Shown: positions 53,101 through 64,000 of the stretch, piece after piece
How the letters are laid out: every line of letters starts with the position of its first letter
Position numbering within the stretch: the first letter of the stretch is position 1
DNA from: the human T2T-CHM13v2.0 reference genome, Homo sapiens
Length of the DNA: 64,000 nt
Direction: 5' to 3' (one strand)
NCBI RefSeq assembly: GCF_009914755.1
Contig: NC_060941.1
Program-made: the position numbers and the translations under genes
Notes under the pieces: model-generated
The model's input: the letters and a program-made list of their open reading frames with translations, nothing else
What the model was told of the DNA's origin: nothing
Database searches by the model: none

Positions 53101-54353
53101 TTTCAAAGAGCAGTTTCCAATCACTCTTTCTGTGGAATCTGCAAGTGGATATTTGGACCTATTTTGAAGATTTCGTTGGAAACGGGAGAATCTTCACAGG
53201 AAAGCTAAACAGAAGCATTCTCAGAAACTTCTTTGTGATGCTTGCATTCAACTCACAGAGTTGAACTTTCCTTTCGAGAGAGAAGCTTTGAAACACTCTT
53301 TTTCCAGAATCTGCAAGTGGACATTTGGAGGGCTTTGAGGCCTGTGGTGGAAAAGGAATTATCTTCCCGTAAAAGCTAGATAGAAGCATTCTCAGAAACT
53401 ACTTTGTGATGATTGCATTCAAGTCACAGAGTTGAACATTCCCTTTGACAGAGCAGTTTGGAAACTCTCTTTGTGTAGAATCTGCAAGTGGAGATATGGA
53501 CCGCTTTGAGGCCTATGGTAGTAAAGGAAATAGCTTCATATAAAAGCTAGACAGTAGCATTCACAGAAAACTCTTGGTGACGACTGAGTTTAACTCACAG
53601 AGCTGAACATTCCTTTGGATGGAGCAGTTTCGAAACACACTATTTGTAGAATGTGCAAGTGGATATTTAGGCCTCTCTGAGGATTTCGTTGGAAACGGGA
53701 TAAACCGCACAGAACTAAACAGAAGCATTCTCAGAACCTTCTTCGTGATGTTTGCATTCAACTCACAGTGTTGAACCTTTCTTTGATAGTTCAGGTTTGA
53801 AACGGTCTTTCTGTAGAAACTGCAAGTAGATATTTGGACCTCTCTGAGGATTTCGTTGGAAACGGGATAACCCGCACAGAACTAAAACAGAAGCATTCTC
53901 AGAACCCTCTTCGTGATGTTTGCATTCAACTCACAGTGCTGAACCTTTCTTTGATAGTTCAGCTTTGAAACACTCTTTTTGTAGAAACTGCAAGTGGATA
54001 TTTGGTCCTCTCTGAGCATTTCGTTGGAAACGGGATAAACTGCACAGAACTAAACAGAAGCATTCTCAGAACCTTCTTCGTGATGTCTGCATTCAACTCA
54101 CAGTGTGGAACCTTTCTTTGATAGTTCAGGTTTGAAACACTCTTTCTGTAGAAACTGCAAGGGGATAATTGCACTCTTTGAGGAGTACCGTAGTAAAGGA
54201 AATAACTTCCTATAAAAAGAAGACAGAAGCTTTCTCAGAAAATTCTTTGGGATGATTGAGTTGAACTCACAGAGCTGAGCATTCCTTGCGATGTAGCAGT
54301 TTAGAAACACACTTTCTGCAGAATCTGCAAGTGCATATTTGGACCTCTGTGAG
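8199..54353 (+). repeat. Seventeen consecutive canonical 16-mer HORs (U4-U20)
   Basis: 46155 bp = 17 x 2715 exactly; ORF markers step by 2715 from 8146 to 54301; only scattered SNVs seen. Confidence 0.95.
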
Positions 54354-56900
54354 GAATTCGTTGGAAACGGGATAATTTCAGCTGACTAAACAGAAGCAGT
54401 CTCAGAATCTTCTTTGTGATGTTTGCATTCAAATCCCCGAGTTGAACTTTCCTTTCAAAGTTCACGTTTGAAACACTCTTTTTGCAGGATCTACAAGTGG
54501 ATATTTGGACCACTCTGTGTCCTTCGTTCGAAACGGGTATATCTTCACATGACATCTAGACAGAAGCATCCTCAGAAGCTTCTCTGTGATGACTGCATTC
54601 AACTCACGGAGTTGAACACTCCTTTTGAGAGCGCAGTTTTGAAACTCTCTTTCTGTGGCATCTGCAAGGGGACATGTAGACCTCTTTGAAGATTTCGTTG
54701 GAAACGGAATCATCTTCACATAAAAACTATACAGATGCATTCTCAGGAACTTTTTGGTGATGTTTGTATTCAACTCCCAGAGTTGAACTTTCCTTTGGAA
54801 AGAGCAGCTATGAAACACTCTTTTTCTAGAATCTGCAAGTGGACGTTTGGAGGGCTTTGTGGTTTGTGGTGGAAAAGGAAATATCTTCACCTAAATACTA
54901 GATAGAAGCATTCTCAGAAACTGCTTTGTGATGATTGCATTCACCTCACAGAGTTGAACATTCCTATTGATAGAGCAGTTTGGAAACACTCTTGTTGTGG
55001 AATGTGCAAGTGGAGATTTGGAGCGCTTTGAGGCCTATGGTAGTAAAGGGAATAGCTTCATAGAAAAACTAGACAGAAGCATTCTCAGAAAATACTTTGT
55101 GATGATTGAGTTTAACTCACAGAGCTGAACATTCCTTTGGATGGAGCAGGTTTGAGACACACTTTTTGTAGAATCTACAAGTGGATATTTGGACCTCTCT
55201 GAGGATTTCGTTGGAAACGGGATAACTGCACCTAACTAAACGGAAGCATTCTCAGAAACTTCTTGGTGATGTTTGCATTCAAATCCCAGAGTCGAACCTT
55301 CCTTTGATAGTTCAGGTTTGAAACACTCTTTTTGTAGGATCTGCAAGTGGATATTTGGACCACTCTGTGGCCTTCGTTCGAAACGGGTACATCTTCGCAT
55401 AAAATCTAGACAGAAGCCTTCTCAGAAACTTCTCTGTGATGATTGCATTCAACTCACAGAGTTGAACCCTCCTATGGATAGAGCAGTGTTGAAACTCTCT
55501 TTTTGTGGAATCTGCAAGTGGATATGTGGACCTCTCCGAAGATGTCTTTGGAAACGGGAATATCTTCACATAAAAACTAAACAGAAGCATTCTCAGAAAC
55601 TTCTCTGTGATGTTTGTGTTCAACTCCCAGAGTTTCACATTGCTTTTCATAGAGTAGTTCTGAAACATGCTTTTCGTAGTGTCTACAAGTGGACATTTGG
55701 AGCGCTTTCAGGCCTGTGGTGGAAAACGAATTATGGTCACATAAAAACTGGAGAGAAGCATTGTCAGAAACTTCTTTGTGATGATTGCATTCAACTCACA
55801 GAGTTGAAGGTTCCTTTTCAAAGAGCAGTTTCCAATCACTCTTTCTGTGGAATCTGCAAGTGGATATTTGGACCTATTTTGAAGATTTCGTTGGAAACGG
55901 GAGAATCTTCACAGGAAAGCTAAACAGAAGCATTCTCAGAAACTTCTTTGTGATGCTTGCATTCAACTCACAGAGTTGAACTTTCCTTTCGAGAGAGAAG
56001 CTTTGAAACACTCTTTTTCCAGAATCTGCAAGTGGACATTTGGAGGGCTTTGAGGCCTGTGGTGGAAAAGGAATTATCTTCCCGTAAAAGCTAGATAGAA
56101 GCATTCTCAGAAACTACTTTGTGATGATTGCATTCAAGTCACAGAGTTGAACATTCCCTTTGACAGAGCAGTTTGGAAACTCTCTTTGTGTAGAATCTGC
56201 AAGTGGAGATATGGACCGCTTTGAGGCCTATGGTAGTAAAGGAAATAGCTTCATATAAAAGCTAGACAGTAGCATTCACAGAAAACTCTTGGTGACGACT
56301 GAGTTTAACTCACAGAGCTGAACATTCCTTTGGATGGAGCAGTTTCGAAACACACTATTTGTAGAATGTGCAAGTGGATATTTAGGCCTCTCTGAGGATT
56401 TCGTTGGAAACGGGATAAACCGCACAGAACTAAACAGAAGCATTCTCAGAACCTTCTTCGTGATGTTTGCATTCAACTCACAGTGTTGAACCTTTCTTTG
56501 ATAGTTCAGGTTTGAAACGGTCTTTCTGTAGAAACTGCAAGTGGATATTTGGTCCTCTCTGAGCATTTCGTTGGAAACGGGATAAACTGCACAGAACTAA
56601 ACAGAAGCATTCTCAGAACCTTCTTCGTGATGTCTGCATTCAACTCACAGTGTGGAACCTTTCTTTGATAGTTCAGGTTTGAAACACTCTTTCTGTAGAA
56701 ACTGCAAGGGGATAATTGCACTCTTTGAGGAGTACCGTAGTAAAGGAAATAACTTCCTATAAAAAGAAGACAGAAGCTTTCTCAGAAAATTCTTTGGGAT
56801 GATTGAGTTGAACTCACAGAGCTGAGCATTCCTTGCGATGTAGCAGTTTAGAAACACACTTTCTGCAGAATCTGCAAGTGCATATTTGGACCTCTGTGAG
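54354..56900 (+). repeat. 15-mer variant HOR U21 (2547 bp, 168-bp deletion)
   Basis: Period 2547 (ORF marker 54301 to 56848). Hybrid at 56515-56570 joins AAACGGTCTTTC directly to GTGGATATTTGGTCCTCTCTGAGCATTTCG; the GATAACCCGCACAGAACTAAAAC monomer is absent. Confidence 0.95.
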
Positions 56901-59900
56901 GAATTCGTTGGAAACGGGATAATTTCAGCTGACTAAACAGAAGCAGTCTCAGAATCTTCTTTGTGATGTTTGCATTCAAATCCCCGAGTTGAACTTTCCT
57001 TTCAAAGTTCACGTTTGAAACACTCTTTTTGCAGGATCTACAAGTGGATATTTGGACCACTCTGTGTCCTTCGTTCGAAACGGGTATATCTTCACATGAC
57101 ATCTAGACAGAAGCATCCTCAGAAGCTTCTCTGTGATGACTGCATTCAACTCACGGAGTTGAACACTCCTTTTGAGAGCGCAGTTTTGAAACTCTCTTTC
57201 TGTGGCATCTGCAAGGGGACATGTAGACCTCTTTGAAGATTTCGTTGGAAACGGAATCATCTTCACATAAAAACTACACAGATGCATTCTCAGGAACTTT
57301 TTGGTGATGTTTGTATTCAACCCCCAGAGTTGAACTTTCCTTTGGAAAGAGCAGCTATGAAACACTCTTTTTCTAGAATCTGCAGGTGGACGTTTGGAGG
57401 GCTTTGTGGTTTGTGGTGGAAAAGGAAATATCTTCACCTAAATACTAGATAGAAGCATTCTCAGAAACTGCTTTGTGATGATTGCATTCACCTCACAGAG
57501 TTGAACATTCCTATTGATAGAGCAGTTTGGAAACACTCTTGTTGTGGAATGTGCAAGTGGAGATTTGGAGCGCTTTGAGGCCTATGGTAGTAAAGGGAAT
57601 AGCTTCATAGAAAAACTAGACAGAAGCATTCTCAGAAAATACTTTGTGATGATTGAGTTTAACTCACAGAGCTGAACATTCCTTTGGATGGAGCAGGTTT
57701 GAGACACACTTTTTGTAGAATCTACAAGTGGATATTTGGACCTCTCTGAGGATTTCGTTGGAAACGGGATAACTGCACCTAACTAAACGGAAGCATTCTC
57801 AGAAACTTCTTGGTGATGTTTGCATTCAAATCCCAGAGTCGAACCTTCCTTTGATAGTTCAGGTTTGAAACACTCTTTTTGTAGGATCTGCAAGTGGATA
57901 TTTGGACCACTCTGTGGCCTTCGTTCGAAACGGGTATATCTTCGCATAAAATCTAGACAGAAGCCTTCTCAGAAACTTCTCTGTGATGATTGCATTCAAC
58001 TCACAGAGTTGAACCCTCCTATGGATAGAGCAGTGTTGAAACTCTCTTTTTGTGGAATCTGCAAGTGGATATGTGGACCTCTCCGAAGATGTCTTTGGAA
58101 ACGGGAATATCTTCACATAAAAACTAAACAGAAGCATTCTCAGAAACTTCTCTGTGATGTTTGTGTTCAACTCCCAGAGTTTCACATTGCTTTTCATAGA
58201 GTAGTTCTGAAACATGCTTTTCGTAGTGTCTACAAGTGGACATTTGGAGCGCTTTCAGGCCTGTGGTGGAAAACGAATTATGGTCACATAAAAACTGGAG
58301 AGAAGCATTGTCAGAAACTTCTTTGTGATGATTGCATTCAACTCACAGAGTTGAAGGTTCCTTTTCAAAGAGCAGTTTCCAATCACTCTTTCTGTGGAAT
58401 CTGCAAGTGGATATTTGGACCTATTTTGAAGATTTCGTTGGAAACGGGAGAATCTTCACAGGAAAGCTAAACAGAAGCATTCTCAGAAACTTCTTTGTGA
58501 TGCTTGCATTCAACTCACAGAGTTGAACTTTCCTTTCGAGAGAGAAGCTTTGAAACACTCTTTTTCCAGAATCTGCAAGTGGACATTTGGAGGGCTTTGA
58601 GGCCTGTGGTGGAAAAGGAATTATCTTCCCGTAAAAGCTAGATAGAAGCATTCTCAGAAACTACTTTGTGATGATTGCATTCAAGTCACAGAGTTGAACA
58701 TTCCCTTTGACAGAGCAGTTTGGAAACTCTCTTTGTGTAGAATCTGCAAGTGGAGATATGGACCGCTTTGAGGCCTATGGTAGTAAAGGAAATAGCTTCA
58801 TATAAAAGCTAGACAGTAGCATTCACAGAAAACTCTTGGTGACGACTGAGTTTAACTCACAGAGCTGAACATTCCTTTGGATGGAGCAGTTTCGAAACAC
58901 ACTATTTGTAGAATGTGCAAGTGGATATTTAGGCCTCTCTGAGGATTTCGTTGGAAACGGGATAAACCGCACAGAACTAAACAGAAGCATTCTCAGAACC
59001 TTCTTCGTGATGTTTGCATTCAACTCACAGTGTTGAACCTTTCTTTGATAGTTCAGGTTTGAAACGGTCTTTCTGTAGAAACTGCAAGTAGATATTTGGA
59101 CCTCTCTGAGGATTTCGTTGGAAACGGGATAACCCGCACAGAACTAAAACAGAAGCATTCTCAGAACCCTCTTCGTGATGTTTGCATTCAACTCACAGTG
59201 CTGAACCTTTCTTTGATAGTTCAGCTTTGAAACACTCTTTTTGTAGAAACTGCAAGTGCATATTTGGTCCTCTCTGAGCATTTCGTTGGAAACGGGATAA
59301 ACTGCACAGAACTAAACAGAAGCATTCTCAGAACCTTCTTCGTGATGTCTGCATTCAACTCACAGTGTGGAACCTTTCTTTGATAGTTCAGGTTTGAAAC
59401 ACTCTTTTTGTAGAAACTGCAAGGGGATAATTGCACTCTTTGAGGAGTACCGTAGTAAAGGAAATAACTTCCTATAAAAAGAAGACAGAAGCTTTCTCAG
59501 AAAATTCTTTGGGATGATTGAGTTGAACTCACAGAGCTGAGCATTCCTTGCGATGTAGCAGTTTAGAAACACACTTTCTGCAGAATCTGCAAGTGCATAT
59601 TTGGACCTCTGTGAGGAATTCGTTGGAAACGGGATAATTTCAGCTGACTAAACAGAAGCAGTCTCAGAATCTTCTTTGTGATGTTTGCATTCAAATCCCC
59701 GAGTTGAACTTTCCTTTCAAAGTTCACGTTTGAAACACTCTTTTTGCAGGATCTACAAGTGGATATTTGGACCACTCTGTGTCCTTCGTTCGAAACGGGT
59801 ATATCTTCACATGACATCTAGACAGAAGCATCCTCAGAAGCTTCTCTGTGATGACTGCATTCAACTCACGGAGTTGAACACTCCTTTTGAGAGCGCAGTT

Positions 59901-62330
59901 TTGAAACTCTCTTTCTGTGGCATCTGCAAGGGGACATGTAGACCTCTTTGAAGATTTCGTTGGAAACGGAATCATCTTCACATAAAAACTATACAGATGC
60001 ATTCTCAGGAACTTTTTGGTGATGTTTGTATTCAACTCCCAGAGTTGAACTTTCCTTTGGAAAGAGCAGCTATGAAACACTGTTTTTCTAGAATCTGCAA
60101 GTGGACGTTTGGAGGGCTTTGTGGTTTGTGGTGGAAAAGGAAATATCTTCACCTAAATACTAGATAGAAGCATTCTCAGAAACTGCTTTGTGATGATTGC
60201 ATTCACCTCACAGAGTTGAACATTCCTATTGATAGAGCAGTTTGGAAACACTCTTGTTGTGGAATGTGCAAGTGGAGATTTGGAGCGCTTTGAGGCCTAT
60301 GGTAGTAAAGGGAATAGCTTCATAGAAAAACTAGACAGAAGCATTCTCAGAAAATACTTTGTGATGATTGAGTTTAACTCACAGAGCTGAACATTCCTTT
60401 GGATGGAGCAGGTTTGAGACACACTTTTTGTAGAATCTACAAGTGGATATTTGGACCTCTCTGAGGATTTCGTTGGAAACGGGATAACTGCACCTAACTA
60501 AACGGAAGCATTCTCAGAAACTTCTTGGTGATGTTTGCATTCAAATGCCAGAGTTGAACCTTCCTTTGATAGTTCAGGTTTGAAACACTCTTTTTGTAGG
60601 ATCTGCAAGTGGATATTTGGACCACTCTGTGGCCTTCGTTCGAAACGGGTATATCTTCGCATAAAATCTAGACAGAAGCCTTCTCAGAAACTTCTCTGTG
60701 ATGATTGCATTCAACTCACAGAGTTGAACCCTCCTATGGATAGAGCAGTGTTGAAACTCTCTTTTTGTGGAATCTGCAAGTGGATATGTGGACCTCTCCG
60801 AAGATGTCTTTGGAAACGGGAATATCTTCACATAAAAACTAAACAGAAGCATTCTCAGAAACTTCTCTGTGATGTTTGTGTTCAACTCCCAGAGTTTCAC
60901 ATTGCTTTTCATAGAGTAGTTCTGAAACATGCTTTTCGTAGTGTCTACAAGTGGACATTTGGAGCGCTTTCAGGCCTGTGGTGGAAAACGAATTATGGTC
61001 ACATAAAAACTGGAGAGAAGCATTGTCAGAAACTTCTTTGTGATGATTGCATTCAACTCACAGAGTTGAAGGTTCCTTTTCAAAGAGCAGTTTCCAATCA
61101 CTCTTTGTGTGGAATCTGCAAGTGGATATTTGGACCTATTTTGAAGATTTCGTTGGAAACGGGAGAATCTTCACAGGAAAGCTAAACAGAAGCATTCTCA
61201 GAAACTTCTTTGTGATGCTTGCATTCAACTCACAGAGTTGAACTTTCCTTTCGAGAGAGAAGCTTTGAAACACTCTTTTTCCAGAATCTGCAAGTGGACA
61301 TTTGGAGGGCTTTGAGGCCTGTGGTGGAAAAGGAATTATCTTCCCGTAAAAGCTAGATAGAAGCATTCTCAGAAACTACTTTGTGATGATTGCATTCAAG
61401 TCACAGAGTTGAACATTCCCTTTGACAGAGCAGTTTGGAAACTCTCTTTGTGTAGAATCTGCAAGTGGAGATATGGACCGCTTTGAGGCCTATGGTAGTA
61501 AAGGAAATAGCTTCATATAAAAGCTAGACAGTAGCATTCACAGAAAACTCTTGGTGACGACTGAGTTTAACTCACAGAGCTGAACATTCCTTTGGATGGA
61601 GCAGTTTCGAAACACACTATTTGTAGAATGTGCAAGTGGATATTTGGGCCTCTCTGAGGATTTCGTTGGAAACGGGATAAACCGCACAGAACTAAACAGA
61701 AGCATTCTCAGAACCTTCTTCGTGATGTTTGCATTCAACTCACAGTGTTCAACCTTTCTTTGATAGTTCAGGTTTGAAACGGTCTTTCTGTAGAAACTGC
61801 AAGTAGATATTTGGACCTCTCTGAGGATTTCGTTGGAAACGGGATAACCCGCACAGAACTAAAACAGAAGCATTCTCAGAACCCTCTTCGTGATGTTTGC
61901 ATTCAACTCACAGTGCTGAAACTTTCTTTGATAGTTCAGCTTTGAAACACTCTTTTTGTAGAAACTGCAAGTGGATATTTGGTCCTCTCTGAGCATTTCG
62001 TTGGAAACGGGATAAACTGCACAGAACTAAACAGAAGCATTCTCAGAACCTTCTTCGTGATGTCTGCATTCAACTCACAGTGTGGAACCTTTCTTTGATA
62101 GTTCAGGTTTGAAACACTCTTTCTGTAGAAACTGCAAGGGGATAATTGCACTCTTTGAGGAGTACCGTAGTAAAGGAAATAACTTCCTATAAAAAGAAGA
62201 CAGAAGCTTTCTCAGAAAATTCTTTGGGATGATTGAGTTGAACTCACAGAGCTGAGCATTCCTTGCGATGTAGCAGTTTAGAAACACACTTTCTGCAGAA
62301 TCTGCAAGTGCATATTTGGACCTCTCTGAG
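56901..62330 (+). repeat. Two canonical-length 16-mer HORs (U22, U23)
   Basis: EcoRI sites at 56901, 59616, 62331 (2715 spacing). Confidence 0.95.
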
Positions 62331-64000
62331 GAATTCGTTGGAAACGGGATAATTTCAGCTGACTAAACAGAAGCAGTCTCAGAATCTTCTTTGTGATGTT
62401 TGCATTCAAATCCCCGAGTTGAACTTTCCTTTCAAAGTTCACGTTTGAAACACTCTTTTTGCAGGATCTACAAGTGGATATTTGGACCACTCTGTGTCCT
62501 TCGTTCGAAACGGGTATATCTTCACATGACATCTAGACAGAAGCATCCTCAGAAGCTTCTCTGTGATGACTGCATTCAACTCACGGAGTTGAACACTCCT
62601 TTTGAGAGCGCAGTTTTGAAACTCTCTTTCTGTGGCATCTGCAAGGGGACATGTAGACCTCTTTGAAGATTTCGTTGGAAACGGAATCATCTTCACATAA
62701 AAACTACACAGATGCATTCTCAGGAACTTTTTGGTGATGTTTGTATTCAACTCCCAGAGTTGAACTTTCCTTTGGAAAGAGCAGCTATGAAACACTCTTT
62801 TTCTAGAATCTGCAAGTGGACGTTTGGAGGGCTTTGTGGTTTGTGGTGGAAAAGGAAATATCTTCACCTAAATACTAGATAGAAGCATTCTCAGAAACTG
62901 CTTTGTGATGATTGCATTCACCTCACAGAGTTGAACATTCCTATTGATAGAGCAGTTTGGAAACACTCTTGTTGTGGAATGTGCAAGTGGAGATTTGGAG
63001 CGCTTTGAGGCCTATGGTAGTAAAGGGAATAGCTTCATAGAAAAACTAGACAGAAGCATTCTCAGAAAATACTTTGTGATGATTGAGTTTAACTCACAGA
63101 GCTGAACATTCCTTTGGATGGAGCAGGTTTGAGACACACTTTTTGTAGAATCTACAAGTGGATATTTGGACCTCTCTGAGGATTTCGTTGGAAACGGGAT
63201 AACTGCACCTAACTAAACGGAAGCATTCTCAGAAACTTCTTGGTGATGTTTGCATTCAAATCCCAGAGTCGAACCTTCCTTTGATAGTTCAGGTTTGAAA
63301 CACTCTTTTTGTAGGATCTGCAAGTGGATATTTGGACCACTCTGTGGCCTTCGTTCGAAACGGGTATATCTTCGCATAAAATCTAGACAGAAGCCTTCTC
63401 AGAAACTTCTCTGTGATGATTGCATTCAACTCACAGAGTTGAACCCTCCTATGGATAGAGCAGTGTTGAAACTCTCTTTTTGTGGAATCTGCAAGTGGAT
63501 ATGTGGACCTCTCCGAAGATGTCTTTGGAAACGGGAATATCTTCACATAAAAACTAAACAGAAGCATTCTCAGAAACTTCTCTGTGATGTTTGTGTTCAA
63601 CTCCCAGAGTTTCACATTGCTTTTCATAGAGTAGTTCTGAAACATGCTTTTCGTAGTGTCTACAAGTGGACATTTGGAGCGCTTTCAGGCCTGTGGTGGA
63701 AAACGAATTATGGTCACATAAAAACTGGAGAGAAGCATTGTCAGAAACTTCTTTGTGATGATTGCATTCAACTCACAGAGTTGAAGGTTCCTTTTCAAAG
63801 AGCAGTTTCCAATCACTCTTTCTGTGGAATCTGCAAGTGGATATTTGGACCTATTTTGAAGATTTCGTTGGAAACGGGAGAATCTTCACAGGAAAGCTAA
63901 ACAGAAGCATTCTCAGAAACTTCTTTGTGATGCTTGCATTCAACTCACAGAGTTGAACTTTCCTTTCGAGAGAGAAGCTTTGAAACACTCTTTTTCCAGA
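62331..64000 (+). repeat. Partial HOR U24 (first ~10 monomers), truncated by the window end
   Basis: Colinear with 221-1890. Confidence 0.95.

Larger units (their letters stand above)
1..64000 (+). repeat. D17Z1: Centromeric alpha-satellite higher-order repeat array, 16-mer / 2715 bp, consistent with human chromosome 17 D17Z1 (SF3, pentameric ancestry)
   Basis: 166-172 bp monomers carry alphoid motifs (CAGAAGCATTCTCAGAAACTTCTTTGTGATG, CATTCAACTCACAGAGTTGAAC, TTTCGTTGGAAACGGGA). The ORF track recurs every 2715 bp (168, 2883, 5598 ...) and there is a single GAATTC per unit. The 2.7-kb EcoRI 16-mer with 15-mer variants is the known D17Z1 organisation. Alpha satellite is certain; the chr17 label is from recall. 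Confidence 0.93.

Noticed and set aside
168-63956. All other 64-142 aa ORFs on both strands
   Set aside because: They are overlapping frames of alphoid sequence recurring at the HOR period, with no recognisable domains or gene structure.
1-64000. Hidden insertion (L1, Alu, viral) or inversion interrupting the array
   Set aside because: Periodicity is exact apart from the two monomer-sized deletions, all boxes are on the same strand, and there is no poly-A tail or foreign sequence.

Overview
The whole 64 kb window is one uninterrupted, single-orientation array of primate centromeric alpha satellite (about 171-bp monomers) organised as a 16-monomer higher-order repeat (HOR) of 2715 bp. One EcoRI site (GAATTC) per HOR occurs at 221, 2936, 5651, 8199, 10914 ... 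54354, 56901, 59616 and 62331. A 2.7-kb EcoRI 16-mer with pentameric substructure and an internal triplicated monomer matches human chromosome 17 D17Z1 (suprachromosomal family 3); this assignment comes from recall of the family, not a database search. There are 23 complete EcoRI-to-EcoRI units (U1-U23): 21 canonical 16-mers and two 15-mers (2548 and 2547 bp) with different deletion breakpoints in the same triplicated segment. Each 16-mer has 8 intact CENP-B boxes, 2 degenerate B-type boxes and 6 A-type (pJalpha-like) boxes. I see no genes, RNA genes, transposon insertions, inversions or CRISPR arrays, and all listed ORFs are by-products of the repeat. I found no new biological system. The interesting signal is array micro-evolution: independent 15-mer deletions, SNV blocks, a likely recent HOR duplication, recombination/conversion signatures, two divergent HORs and one knocked-out CENP-B box. 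SNVs were read by eye and from the ORF track, so the list may be incomplete.
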